Shown here piece after piece: positions 11,096 through 20,927 of a stretch of 64,000 nt of DNA. Location of the stretch: positions 76,646-140,645 of IMG/VR virus record IMGVR_UViG_3300023184_000039, one strand, 5' to 3'. This DNA is from a virus. Under the pieces are notes generated by a model. That model saw only the letters and a list, made by a program, of their open reading frames with translations, did no database searches and was not told the DNA's origin. Each line of letters opens with the position of its first letter. Position 1 is the first letter of the stretch. The position numbers and the translations under genes were made by a program.

Positions 11096-11752
11096 ATGAC
11101 CGACACAAACTTATTCAACGAACTCATGCAACTTCAATCACGGTTGGGCAATATCAACCAATCCGAAGGTGAATCGGAAAGCCAATATGACGATGACGAA
11201 GGGGGCGACGATGATGGCGATGTGCTTGAGGAACAACAAGACATTACCGATTTGGTCGGCGCACTGGGTGTATTCCTAGCAAATACCTATTCCGTGTACC
11301 ACGAAGCCCATGGATTTCACTGGAATGTAAAAGGTCCAGATTTTGCTCAATACCATGCTCTTTTTTCTGGAATATACGAAGACCTTATTGAATCAGTTGA
11401 TGCCATTGCAGAAAATATTTTGAAACTTGGTTACGACTCCCCCTTTAGAATGTCAGACATGATGGCGATGACGACAATCCCAGAATCAGAAAATTATGAT
11501 GATGACGAAGAAGAAGACACACCGCTTGATATGGCTGTTGACCTTCTTGCAAGTGTGTCCGCGCTAGAAGGCGAAGCAAAAGAATTGTTTGAACTTGCAA
11601 ACGATGCGGACGAGCAGGGTGTTGCAAACTTTGTGGCCGAAAGAATTGATGCATTGCAAAAGACAATGTGGCAACTGAGAGCTTCTGCGAACATGCAAAA
11701 ACCAGCAATGATTAAGAAGAAGATAGTCAGGATTTCCCTTGGCAACGAATGA
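11096..11752 (+). CDS. dps: Dps/ferritin-like DNA-protection protein
   Basis: HGFHWNVKGPDFAQYHALF..D.IAE.I..LG; W.LR at the C-terminus; acidic N-terminal extension. Confidence 0.9.
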   Translation: MTDTNLFNELMQLQSRLGNINQSEGESESQYDDDEGGDDDGDVLEEQQDITDLVGALGVFLANTYSVYHEAHGFHWNVKGPDFAQYHALFSGIYEDLIESVDAIAENILKLGYDSPFRMSDMMAMTTIPESENYDDDEEEDTPLDMAVDLLASVSALEGEAKELFELANDADEQGVANFVAERIDALQKTMWQLRASANMQKPAMIKKKIVRISLGNE

Positions 11753-12158
11753 AAGATTCTGGTACGGAGCAACTCTCCTGAAGGTAATTGATGGTGACAC
11801 CATTGAACTAATGATTGACTTGGGTTTCAACATCCACCACAAAATACGAGTTCGTCTGTATGGAGTAAACACTCCAGAATCAAGAACAAAAGACCTTGCA
11901 GAAAAAGAGATGGGTCTTAAGGCAAAGCATTACACCGAAGAATGGTTAACCAACCACCAGTGGGTTTATGTAAACACAATCCCAGACAAGAACGATAAAT
12001 ACGGTCGCATCCTTGCCAGAATTTTTAGTTCAGACCAAACCGACGACCCAACCACTGCATGTCTCAATAAGGACATAATTCAGGCTGGGTATGCACGGGA
12101 ATACTTCGGCATTGGCGACAAGACATGGGCAGAGTTCAAACACGAGGATACAAAATGA
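11739..12158 (+). CDS. Thermonuclease (SNase-like)
   Basis: KVIDGDTI..VRLYGVNTPE..DKYGRILA. Confidence 0.9.
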   Translation: MATNERFWYGATLLKVIDGDTIELMIDLGFNIHHKIRVRLYGVNTPESRTKDLAEKEMGLKAKHYTEEWLTNHQWVYVNTIPDKNDKYGRILARIFSSDQTDDPTTACLNKDIIQAGYAREYFGIGDKTWAEFKHEDTK

Positions 12159-12607
12159 CGACATTGGGTAATTATCAGGGAAGAATAACCGGCATATACG
12201 TGCAAACAAAAGCCGATGAAGAAAACTGTCCTCCAGCGACTCAGGACATCGGACTAAACATTAAGAATCGACAGAAGGCAATTGACACAGCGGCTTACGG
12301 CCCACTAAACCCAAATGAACCAAATGATGATTTTTGGAAGAAAAAAGGTGACAGATGGAATGTAAGTATTGATGAAGCAAAAAAGCAAAGATGTGGGAAC
12401 TGTATTATGTTTGTTCGCTCACCAAGGATGATTGCATGTATCGAAGGTGCATTGGGTAATGAGACAGGGAATACCGCTATGGACATAGTTGATGCCGGTC
12501 AACTTGGGTATTGCGAAGCTTTTGATTTTAAGTGCGCAGCTAAAAGAACGTGTGATGCTTGGGTCGTAGGTGGACCAACCACGACAGATGGCAAGGAAAA
12601 GTCTTAA
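12155..12607 (+). CDS. Cys-rich phage protein
   Basis: CPPATQD..YGPLNP..CGNC..GYCEAFDFKC..CDAW; ATGA overlap. Confidence 0.65.
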   Translation: MTTLGNYQGRITGIYVQTKADEENCPPATQDIGLNIKNRQKAIDTAAYGPLNPNEPNDDFWKKKGDRWNVSIDEAKKQRCGNCIMFVRSPRMIACIEGALGNETGNTAMDIVDAGQLGYCEAFDFKCAAKRTCDAWVVGGPTTTDGKEKS

Positions 12608-12613
12608 TAGGTA

Positions 12614-12859
12614 ATGAGAGTCTGGATTGACCAAGACCTATGCACTGGAGATGGTCTATGCGCAGAGATAGCCCCAGATGTTTTTCATATGATGCCAGAC
12701 GGTCTTGCGTATGTAAAAGAAGGAGACAAGATTTATGCGGCCGCTGTGGGGAACCCAGAAGGCGCAGCTGGTTTAGCATCCTTTTCGGACGACAGGCTTG
12801 ATGACGTAATTGAGTCAGCAGAAGAATGCCCTGGTGAATGTATCTTTATTGAGCCTTAG
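12614..12859 (+). CDS. Single-cluster ferredoxin, actinobacterial type
   Basis: MRVWIDQDLCTGDGLCAEIAPDVF..AEECPGECI (CxxDxxC..CP). Confidence 0.9.
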   Translation: MRVWIDQDLCTGDGLCAEIAPDVFHMMPDGLAYVKEGDKIYAAAVGNPEGAAGLASFSDDRLDDVIESAEECPGECIFIEP

Positions 12860-13269
12860 GGTTGACGGTTTTTAAGATGGTCAACAACTGAATACCTAAC
12901 AAGATGTGGTGTGGTTTGTGCAAATTCTGGATTAAGAATTTTCCTCCACCCATACGGTGATTGCATTAAGACACCAGGCAATCCTGTTGCCTCGCACGTT
13001 GTGGCAGCAATCGCCTCATATTTCTTAACGACGGCATTCATCTTTGAGAGAGCCTCTCCATCGTAAACATCTGATTGCTCAAAGTAGTAACGCAATCCAG
13101 CAAACTTTTGTTTAATCTGAACGACAATGTAATTGGAGTCTATTTCGGTTAACTCTTTGTCGCAATCAATAACAATCCGATACCAACCCTCGTCAACATC
13201 TATGGATTTATAAAACGGTGGGGATATCTTTTCCTTTAACTTCTCAACGGCAACCTGCAACTCATTCAC
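12856..13269 (-). CDS. Hypothetical phage protein
   Basis: GWY..QIKQKFAGLRYY..TCEATG motif. Confidence 0.7.
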   Translation of the reverse strand: MNELQVAVEKLKEKISPPFYKSIDVDEGWYRIVIDCDKELTEIDSNYIVVQIKQKFAGLRYYFEQSDVYDGEALSKMNAVVKKYEAIAATTCEATGLPGVLMQSPYGWRKILNPEFAQTTPHLVRYSVVDHLKNRQP

Positions 13270-13528
13270 TGATTGGTTCCATGTTCTTCTTTAATAGGTC
13301 CTCGTATGCCTCATTCGGGGTATTTCCGATACCAATAAGTTTTGACTCATCGGAATCCATCCAGAAGTCAACAGCGCTGCCATCATCACCAAATACATAG
13401 TCCATATAGTTGTTGCTAATGTTTTCATCGTCCCAACTCCCAATTGCATGCCACTTACCACCCTCGTAGGTGCCTCCGTAGCGAGATTGACGAATCACAA
13501 TTGGGTACAAATTTATTTTTTTGTCCAT
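13262..13528 (-). CDS. Hypothetical protein
   Basis: 88-aa ORF within the minus-strand operon. Confidence 0.65.
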   Translation of the reverse strand: MDKKINLYPIVIRQSRYGGTYEGGKWHAIGSWDDENISNNYMDYVFGDDGSAVDFWMDSDESKLIGIGNTPNEAYEDLLKKNMEPISE

Positions 13529-13536
13529 ACGATATG

Positions 13537-14364
13537 TTATCGCATTACAAGGAACATGTCGCCCTCTAATGCGTGTGCGAATATCCCATCAAATATTCGC
13601 TCTTCTGAGGAAAATCCCCCCGTGACAGCATGATATAGGCGTGATAGGTCAGCAAAAACAACATCGTATTGTTGCCACCGATGTTCAAATTGAACCGATG
13701 CGTCATACTTGATGGTGTTGGCAATTTTGCACATAATCGTTTCAAATCTTTGACGTTCTTTTTCGCCCCATTGGCGTCCCTGGTCGCAACAAAGTTTATC
13801 ACCGTATGGAATATTCGTATTTGGTGGCATATATACCATTTCATTACCCGTAAGGTAATGTTTTTTTATCGGACAATAAATAGGGTGGTTGGAATCCACC
13901 GCACCATGTGCTTGCTCAACATAGAGGGACTTTTTCAAGAATTCAGCATCATCTTGTGAAAGATTTTGATACAACTGGATTCCATCAACAAAAAATGTTT
14001 TACCAGAATTAGGGGAGCAGGTAAATGTCCTCATGTTCCACGATGCACCAACGGCTGGATTTGGAAAGCCGATATGCTCCATATGCCAAACAACCAAAAT
14101 ATCATCCGTGCCAGTTGTAGCATTTTCCAAATTCCTCATATCAATGGTATGAGAGTGATTTTCCCTGTATGGAGTGTAATGCCCAGAGTCTCTCTGATTA
14201 TTTGGGAACCATTTTGTAATATCCCCGAATGATTTCATAAGACTCAATTGCTCATCGCGAGACATGTCATATCCACGCAAAACGAAACAACCAGATGCCA
14301 TGTATTCTTCAAAGCACAAAGCAATATCAATTTCTTGAAATGATGATATTTCGTAAGTTTTCAT
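13537..14364 (-). CDS. TauD/TfdA-family Fe(II)/2-oxoglutarate dioxygenase
   Basis: WHME..GKTFFVD..HRWQQYDVVFAD...HA..R; first ATG outside the tRNA body is at 14364. Confidence 0.8.
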   Translation of the reverse strand: MKTYEISSFQEIDIALCFEEYMASGCFVLRGYDMSRDEQLSLMKSFGDITKWFPNNQRDSGHYTPYRENHSHTIDMRNLENATTGTDDILVVWHMEHIGFPNPAVGASWNMRTFTCSPNSGKTFFVDGIQLYQNLSQDDAEFLKKSLYVEQAHGAVDSNHPIYCPIKKHYLTGNEMVYMPPNTNIPYGDKLCCDQGRQWGEKERQRFETIMCKIANTIKYDASVQFEHRWQQYDVVFADLSRLYHAVTGGFSSEERIFDGIFAHALEGDMFLVMR

Positions 14365-14439
14365 GGCTGACGAGGTAGGGGTCGAACCTACGACAAGCGG
14401 ATTAACAGTCCGCTGCTCTGCCAACTGAGCTACTCGTCA
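14364..14439 (-). tRNA. tRNA-Asn(GTT)
   Basis: TGACGAG acceptor stem, TAGCTCAGTTGGCAGAGC D-arm, CTGTTAA anticodon loop, GGTTCGACCC T-arm, encoded CCA. Confidence 0.95.
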
Positions 14440-14468
14440 TTGATTTATTGAAGACTAGTTCATCTTTG

Positions 14469-14540
14469 TATCCCATGGAGGAATCGAACTTCCATCGATT
14501 GCTTAGAAGGCAATTGCTTTATCCATTAAGCTAATGGGAT
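14469..14540 (-). tRNA. tRNA-Arg(TCT)
   Basis: ATCCCAT acceptor stem, ATTGC-CTTCTAA-GCAAT anticodon arm, TTCGATT T-loop; no encoded CCA. Confidence 0.88.
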
Positions 14541-15037
14541 TAGATTTTCTTCTCTTTCTTTTGCTTCCGCCTGCGCTCACTGCGCTCTTGATTCCACCTT
14601 TTGTGACACGTCTTGCAATCACGCATTTTGAAGCCGGTATGTTTGCTGATTTTCCAATAGGTATTTCCTTCGTCGTAAAGATGGCCGTGTTTGCAGTGGG
14701 TTTTCCGGCTCTCCTTGTGATTTCCATGCAAGACAGAGTAACGCTGGTTATGTGAACGAGTTCCAACTTCTAGGTGGTCTGGGCGAACGCATGGCGGATG
14801 ATTGCAGAGATGACAAACTTCCATCCCATCCGGAACAGGACCGTTTAGTTTTTCCCAAATATATTTATGCGTCTGAATGTTTCCGCTTATTCCATTTCGT
14901 TTGCACGAAAACATGCCATATGTTTTTACTGTGTTCGCAGTCCATTCCCAACAATCTGGTTTATCTGGATTACGTCCAGATTTATCTACCTTCTCCCAAA
15001 AACGTTCTTCTTCTGGTATTGGTTTTCTTCCTGCCAT
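14540..15037 (-). CDS. HNH homing endonuclease (zinc-binding loop type)
   Basis: RFWEKVDK..CWEW..VCHLCNHPPCVRPDHL..N..KTHCKHGH..CKTC. Confidence 0.9.
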   Translation of the reverse strand: MAGRKPIPEEERFWEKVDKSGRNPDKPDCWEWTANTVKTYGMFSCKRNGISGNIQTHKYIWEKLNGPVPDGMEVCHLCNHPPCVRPDHLEVGTRSHNQRYSVLHGNHKESRKTHCKHGHLYDEGNTYWKISKHTGFKMRDCKTCHKRWNQERSERRRKQKKEKKI

Positions 15038-15041
15038 GCCT

Positions 15042-16961
15042 CTACTTTATCGGACATGCCCCTGTGGCACAATCATCTAAGGTAATTTCAATATCATGCG
15101 AGCGTTGAACCAATGGGATTGAGTGGTTGATTTTGGCAACAGATTTTTCGTATTCTGCTTGGGTTATTTCCTCGTATGGGGGCAATTGGAAGTTGTGGTC
15201 AGCATGCAACAAGAAAGATACGGATTTGACATTCTTGTCATAGTTCTTTGATAGCCACAATTTGATTTCTTCCAATTCTTCCTTGCGATAATACACTGTT
15301 ACCGAAACAGCATTATCTGCCCACATGGTTTGCATTTTTTTGACCCATTCAAGTTGCTCAAGTGCGGTCATGTTCTTTGCAAGCATTGAACCTTCTGGTG
15401 ACATGCATGGAAACTCAACAACAAAACGGGTGTGGTCTTCTCTGCCGTCAATGCCAACATCGTATTGAACCTTGTATCCGCGCTTCCTGCATGAATCAAC
15501 AAGTGGGTCAGAGGAGCCGAAGCGGACTCTACGGATGTAGTAGGGAGCGAATGCTGGATGGATTCCGGGGGTAACACCCGGAAGCAGGGACAGGGTTCCC
15601 GATGGTTGCACGGTTGTGAGTCGAACCGATACTGGGAGATTATTCGCTTCGGAATACTCCTTATCAAATTTCTCAAGTTCCTTATACGCAGCATCAAGCC
15701 ATGAAACCTGTTCATCCGAACATTGCAAAACACCAGTAACAGATTGACCCAAACGTGCATTCTTCCTCACGATTGTCGTTGTTTTCTCGTAAGGGTAGGA
15801 CATTTGGGTGATTTGCTTCTGCACCTTATAGAGCAATCGGGAAACCTCAAGTAATTGTTCAAGAGATTCAATGTTTGGTAAGAAGATTGTTGCTAGGTTG
15901 CACGATTCTCCATTACCCAAGGCAATCTCTGCACACGGATTAAAGCCCTCCACAGAGGAGTCAGGCTTTGATTCTCCCAATCTCCCGTACTTCCTTGCAA
16001 GTTTCCTATTCAAGAGGCCGTAGGGCTCTCCAGAGCCGTCGTAGCCCCTCCAGAGTTCTGGTTGTATCTCCTCATAAGAGTCTGCATAGATACTGTTGTT
16101 TGAATTGGCGCGCCAACCCGGAACAGAACCAGATGACCAGTTTTTTGCACGCAGGAACAGAACATCGTCTGGGTCACCCATTGCTATTTGTGCTGAACGA
16201 CGAGACGAACCAGAAACAACAATGCGACCGATGATGTTGCAGATGTCTAGGACATCAATTGAGCGAAGCTTCTTGCCGACACGGTTGTCCATCACTAGGC
16301 AAATGTCTTTTATCCCATCAATCAATGCACCAGGTCCAGATGCCGTACCACCAAATGTCTTGAGTTCTGCGCCATATTCACGAATGAGGACAGTGGAGTA
16401 CGAAAATGATTTTCCTGTGTAGAAATATGACTTAAGAACGGCATGAAGCAATCTCTTCCATCCATGACGAGAATCTGGAACGATGATGTCTGCATCATTG
16501 CTTCTTTCCTGAGTAACCACAACACCACCAAGAACTTTAGGCAAATCGTGAATTTTGGAACGCTCTACCGAAAAGCCAACACCACCACCGAGCATTAGGT
16601 ATTCAAAAATCATTTCAAAGTCTTCAATTTTTTCAATGTTTGTAAAATAGCAATTATTTAAAGATGCAGCATTTAGTTTTTTTACTAATGGTGTTCCCAA
16701 CTGCCATAGTGAACGACCCGAAAAAGTACATCGTAAATTAAACATGTGGTCAAAGAGTGTTTGCGCCTCTTCTGTTGAATAAGGGACACCAACCTCAATT
16801 GCTCCGTTGATTGTTCTTTGAATTGTCTCTGACCATGTCTCAAGTTCGCCATTGCTTTTCTTGCGCGAGTATGTGCGAAGGTAAACAATTTCACCGAGTC
16901 CATTAAATCCCCATGGTGGTGTTTTTGTTTCATACGTCGCAACAAAACTATCGTCAATCAT
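15042..16961 (-). CDS. nrdJ: Class II (adenosylcobalamin-dependent) ribonucleotide reductase
   Basis: RTYSR, LNNC, NPCAEI..ESCNL, TTVQPSGTLS, C-terminal CATGACPIK. Confidence 0.93.
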   Translation of the reverse strand: MIDDSFVATYETKTPPWGFNGLGEIVYLRTYSRKKSNGELETWSETIQRTINGAIEVGVPYSTEEAQTLFDHMFNLRCTFSGRSLWQLGTPLVKKLNAASLNNCYFTNIEKIEDFEMIFEYLMLGGGVGFSVERSKIHDLPKVLGGVVVTQERSNDADIIVPDSRHGWKRLLHAVLKSYFYTGKSFSYSTVLIREYGAELKTFGGTASGPGALIDGIKDICLVMDNRVGKKLRSIDVLDICNIIGRIVVSGSSRRSAQIAMGDPDDVLFLRAKNWSSGSVPGWRANSNNSIYADSYEEIQPELWRGYDGSGEPYGLLNRKLARKYGRLGESKPDSSVEGFNPCAEIALGNGESCNLATIFLPNIESLEQLLEVSRLLYKVQKQITQMSYPYEKTTTIVRKNARLGQSVTGVLQCSDEQVSWLDAAYKELEKFDKEYSEANNLPVSVRLTTVQPSGTLSLLPGVTPGIHPAFAPYYIRRVRFGSSDPLVDSCRKRGYKVQYDVGIDGREDHTRFVVEFPCMSPEGSMLAKNMTALEQLEWVKKMQTMWADNAVSVTVYYRKEELEEIKLWLSKNYDKNVKSVSFLLHADHNFQLPPYEEITQAEYEKSVAKINHSIPLVQRSHDIEITLDDCATGACPIK

Positions 16962-17032
16962 TTGATGTGCCCCTCAATGTGGTCGTTTGGTTCCTGAAAG
17001 ATACCAGTTTACATCACCAAAAAATAGTGAAA

Positions 17033-17368
17033 TTAAGAAATTAGACCTAATTCTTTTGCCTTCACAAGTGGGATGTAGTCACCCTTCCTGTGGATAAGTA
17101 CGCGTATTGTTGCGAACTGAGTTAATTGACGATTTTCGTAGATATCTTCTTCAACAAGAACTGTTTGTGTTTCTTTGAGCAATTCAATCTGATTGAATCC
17201 AGCAATGTGTTTTGGTGGAACCTGACTACCAGCACAATCTCCGGTTGGGTGACCACAAACTGGGCACGGTCTTCTGTCGGCAGGAAATACTTCTGCTCCA
17301 GCAATTGAATATTTGCCGTTGAATCCGAGTCCGCCACCTGCCCTGAATGGTTCTGGGTAACTTTCCAT
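17033..17368 (-). CDS. Hypothetical protein (CxxC-H-C)
   Basis: CPVCGHPTGDC. Confidence 0.65.
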   Translation of the reverse strand: MESYPEPFRAGGGLGFNGKYSIAGAEVFPADRRPCPVCGHPTGDCAGSQVPPKHIAGFNQIELLKETQTVLVEEDIYENRQLTQFATIRVLIHRKGDYIPLVKAKELGLIS

Positions 17369-17380
17369 ATATAAAGTTTA

Positions 17381-18028
17381 TCAGTAATCTAATTCGCTAA
17401 ATTCAAAAACCTCAAAGCCATCTCTATACATTTGCTTGACAATGGCATGTCGACTTGCTTCATCTGCATTCATGTCAATTTTTTCGCCGAGAATGGATAC
17501 CATCATTGAGGGAAACATGCTCTCCCTGAGGATTTTGGTTGCATCGTCTGGAGCGGCCAACATTTTCTTCCACTTAACGGAACGGTTTGTCCCATATGAA
17601 TACGGTATGGCAACAAGGCTCACAACGGGCTTTTCTGATTCTTTGGAAACACATGCATGCGTAATCGTAAGGCATTCCTTGATTTTCTCCGTGTTGGCAA
17701 ACATTTGTTTTAAGTCTTTGCCGCGACTGGCGAGTGGGTCTAGTGAAACAAACCCCTCTGCGACCATGGTGATGTCTGTGACATGCCAGTACTTCCTCAT
17801 TGCAAGACAAACATTGAACGATTGCTGAAATCTATTTGCTGGAATTTGCTTCATGCTCTCTTTGCCCATCTGGCAGATTATCCGAAGCCTGGGGCCGTCC
17901 CAGCCAAAAAAGTTAAAACTGAGGTCTTCCCCAATTCCGTCTCTCTTAACCCCATCCTCTTTCGCCAACTGTGACGATGTGGAAATTAGAGCCATTTTGT
18001 TTATGTCGTCAGAGTAGTCATCAATCAT
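17381..18028 (-). CDS. Hypothetical protein
   Basis: 215-aa ORF, GGGAG RBS. Confidence 0.7.
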   Translation of the reverse strand: MIDDYSDDINKMALISTSSQLAKEDGVKRDGIGEDLSFNFFGWDGPRLRIICQMGKESMKQIPANRFQQSFNVCLAMRKYWHVTDITMVAEGFVSLDPLASRGKDLKQMFANTEKIKECLTITHACVSKESEKPVVSLVAIPYSYGTNRSVKWKKMLAAPDDATKILRESMFPSMMVSILGEKIDMNADEASRHAIVKQMYRDGFEVFEFSELDY

Positions 18029-18117
18029 CTCCCAACCCTAATACAAAACCCCTAGAAATCAGGGTATGGGTGGAGTTCCACTACGGACGGCAATCGTGTG
18101 ACTAGAATCTACATTCT

Positions 18118-18342
18118 ATGACAAACTCAAAAACCCCAAAAAAGAAGACCCCAGCAAAAAAGGCTCCAGCAAAAAAAGTTGCAGCGAAAACTGCCACCCC
18201 AGTTGCAAAAACGGAATCCTCTTCGGCTACGACCGGAACAGCAACTCCAACTTCTGCCTCATCGGCACAAATGGTAAAGATTGCCGTTCAAGTCGCGCCA
18301 AAAAAGAAATCGTTTTTACGTCGCCTTTTCGGCGCAAAGTAA
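18118..18342 (+). CDS. Small basic histone-H1-like (PAKK) protein
   Basis: KKTPAKKAPAKKVAAK; TAGAAT box 7 nt before a leaderless ATG. Confidence 0.6.
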   Translation: MTNSKTPKKKTPAKKAPAKKVAAKTATPVAKTESSSATTGTATPTSASSAQMVKIAVQVAPKKKSFLRRLFGAK

Positions 18343-18558
18343 TTACTTTTTGCGTTGGTCTCGCTTCATCTGGCGAAACTCTTCTTCAACCTGCGCGTCA
18401 AATTCTGCTTGGTGCTTACGGCTAATGACAATCATTGCTCGTCGGCGTGATTCTGCGCGCATTGCTACTACTTCTTTGCGTTGCATGCGCTCGTCTTCTG
18501 CCAAACGTGGACGACCACGCTTCATACCACTTGATTTGAGTTTTGTGTATTCGCTCAT
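18343..18558 (-). CDS. Small basic DNA-binding protein (AT-hook-like)
   Basis: KRGRPR; AAGGAG RBS. Confidence 0.6.
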   Translation of the reverse strand: MSEYTKLKSSGMKRGRPRLAEDERMQRKEVVAMRAESRRRAMIVISRKHQAEFDAQVEEEFRQMKRDQRKK

Positions 18559-18613
18559 TTTTGCTCCTTGGTTTAATATGGCTTTTTATTAGAGTAATAA
18601 AGGTAATCAAACT

Positions 18614-18817
18614 ATGACAAAACAACAACCCCAAATAGAAGTTTTTTTGCCGAATTTTAGAAATGCAATATCCGATTATTTGTCAGAGCTGGTAAAGGTT
18701 TCCTCGGATTTTGTAGAAAAATCAGAAGTCATTGACAAACTTCTTGACATACTTGGCAACGACGAGGGATACCCCATTGACGGGGACGAGATGGCTAGAT
18801 ATTGGTCTAGGCGTTAG
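18614..18817 (+). CDS. Hypothetical protein
   Basis: 67-aa ORF. Confidence 0.55.
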   Translation: MTKQQPQIEVFLPNFRNAISDYLSELVKVSSDFVEKSEVIDKLLDILGNDEGYPIDGDEMARYWSRR

Positions 18818-19283
18818 GTAAATCGTAGTCTTTCTTGCTTAACATATTTATTGTTTCTGATTTTTGAACAACATATGCCAGTGCAGGATTTTCTGAATTT
18901 GGAGCCATCACACGCTTTGTATTTTCGTTGTAGAGATTCGGCAATGACCTGAGGTATCTCTTAATTCTGTCAACTTTAAACATGACAAAAGATTCATCAA
19001 CTGCAAATATGTAAACCCACCAAACGGCTTTCGTTACATTTAATCCAGATGGAACCCATATTTGATTCCCCTCTGCATCTTTCCTGTTTCCTGGGCTTTG
19101 GTGTGTTTCAATGACCATATTGCCATTTTTGTATCTATCTGTTTTTACCTCAACCGCGCCAGAACCGATAAGTTTTGCAAATTCAACTATGGACACTTCA
19201 CCGGATTGACCAAACTCTAAATCTTTCTTGAAATCAATCTGATTGCCAAGTGCGCTGATGTCATAATCGGATAGTCGAGACAT
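18807..19283 (-). CDS. PD-(D/E)xK-like phage protein
   Basis: FKKDLEFGQSGE..VEVKTDR..GNMVIE..SGL..TKA; start moved to ATG 19283. Confidence 0.65.
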   Translation of the reverse strand: MSRLSDYDISALGNQIDFKKDLEFGQSGEVSIVEFAKLIGSGAVEVKTDRYKNGNMVIETHQSPGNRKDAEGNQIWVPSGLNVTKAVWWVYIFAVDESFVMFKVDRIKRYLRSLPNLYNENTKRVMAPNSENPALAYVVQKSETINMLSKKDYDLPNA

Positions 19284-19301
19284 ATGGACTATCCTATAGG
19301 T

Positions 19302-20324
19302 ATGGCACACGAGATTGAAACGACCAACGGACAAGCGAGAATGGCTTACTCTGGGCCTTCCGTGCCATGGCACAAACTTGGAACATCAGTACGAGACTTG
19401 CAGACCATACCCGAAATGCTTCGTGCGGCTAATGCTGATTTTGATGTTGTAACCGCAGATGTGGCTGCCGTTGATGCTCACGGAAGATTCATTTTAAATG
19501 CTAATGGAACTCCGGTTATTGTCCCTAAAACCCGTGCCACAATTCGTGTAAACGATGATGGCTCATTTGATGGACTCGGAACAGTTGGTACCAGATACGT
19601 CGTACAGCAAAATAGGGAAGTTCTAGAACTTGCACTTGCTGTGTGTGGCGTATCAAAGGGGCAGGCGGTTCTTGATACATGCGGCGTACTCAACGGGGGG
19701 CAAGAATTCTTTGCCACGATTGACCTGGGACAAGTAGTAATTGACCCAAACGGTCTCAAGGACGTGGTTAAGCAATATATTGTTGTACACAATGGGCATG
19801 ATGGAAAAACACCAATTTCATTTGCGAACACACCAATACGTGCAGTCTGTAAGAACACAGTTTTCGCAGCAATGCAGTCGTCGGCAAAGGTGAGTGCTCG
19901 ACACACAAAGAATGCCGACCTCATTGTCACGAACGCGCGCGAAGTTTTACAATTATCAAGCCAGTCCTCTGATTCAATTCTTAGTTCGGCGACCAAATTG
20001 TCAAAAATAGAAATCCCTAACAGGTCAAATGCCTTCATGAATGCCGTGAACAATGTTTTTATCCAAAATAAAAACGAAACAAAACTTCAGCAGAAAAACA
20101 GAGAAAACATCATTGACGAAATCATCACCCTTTATTCGGCACCCAATAATGCTGGCGGTTATGGGTATACGGGGTGGTCGCTTTACAATACGATTGCCGA
20201 ATACCTTGACCACCACAGGAATGCCACCGCTCAAGAAAAAGCAATGGCATCAATGGACGCCTATTCGTGGGTAAACAAGAAGAAATCACTTGCCCACGAA
20301 GCAATCCTTTCCCTAGCAAACTAG
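19302..20324 (+). CDS. DUF932 family protein
   Basis: MAHEIE..PWHKLG..RYVVQQN..NGHDG..TPIRAVCKNT..RHT..TGWSLYNTIAEYLDH. Confidence 0.88.
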   Translation: MAHEIETTNGQARMAYSGPSVPWHKLGTSVRDLQTIPEMLRAANADFDVVTADVAAVDAHGRFILNANGTPVIVPKTRATIRVNDDGSFDGLGTVGTRYVVQQNREVLELALAVCGVSKGQAVLDTCGVLNGGQEFFATIDLGQVVIDPNGLKDVVKQYIVVHNGHDGKTPISFANTPIRAVCKNTVFAAMQSSAKVSARHTKNADLIVTNAREVLQLSSQSSDSILSSATKLSKIEIPNRSNAFMNAVNNVFIQNKNETKLQQKNRENIIDEIITLYSAPNNAGGYGYTGWSLYNTIAEYLDHHRNATAQEKAMASMDAYSWVNKKKSLAHEAILSLAN

Positions 20325-20387
20325 GAAACATGGGAACATTGGAGAGAACATCATCTAAGGGGAAACCCAGAATACGGTGGGCAGCAA

Positions 20388-20828
20388 ATGAGTGATTTCC
20401 AACAAGGTGACGATGAGTGGATTGAGTATGAACCACTCATCCCTATTGACAAGGAAGATGTCGTTAGTTTTCTGGCCGATTTTGTCTCTGGTGCCGTAAC
20501 TTCGGAGAGCATGTACCGGGACAATTTTTGCGCCATCGCCGCGGGCAAGGCATACCACGAATTTGGGCCAGAAGGGTTATGTCAGTTAATGCTGGCGATT
20601 GACGACAGGGCAAACTGGATAAGCGACATCATTATTGACGCTGCGGACATTGATGATATTTTATACAAAAAGTACGGAGTATTTGGGGGCGATGTTGTGT
20701 TTAAGGCAAGGCAGACCAATGCCATGCAGGAAATGAACCAAAAGATGTGGGCATTAAGGCGAAAATATACAAAGAAAATCGCCGACGAGATATATCAGGT
20801 TGATGCAATTCCAACCGAAAGCGAATAG
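20388..20828 (+). CDS. Hypothetical protein
   Basis: 146-aa ORF. Confidence 0.7.
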   Translation: MSDFQQGDDEWIEYEPLIPIDKEDVVSFLADFVSGAVTSESMYRDNFCAIAAGKAYHEFGPEGLCQLMLAIDDRANWISDIIIDAADIDDILYKKYGVFGGDVVFKARQTNAMQEMNQKMWALRRKYTKKIADEIYQVDAIPTESE

Positions 20829-20927
20829 TTGACCTTTCATTCCGTACGCCGTACATCTGATAAAATTGTGAGTACTGAAGAACTCACAATCTAGAGGAGT
20901 TCTCGGACCTAACTAAGGAGTAATAAA

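Noticed and set aside
14365-14424. N-terminal extension MAEQRTVNPLVVGSTPTSSA of the TauD ORF
   Set aside because: It is the translation of tRNA-Asn
15042-16961. Intron or intein in nrdJ
   Set aside because: The ORF is continuous and of normal length; the HNH gene lies outside it
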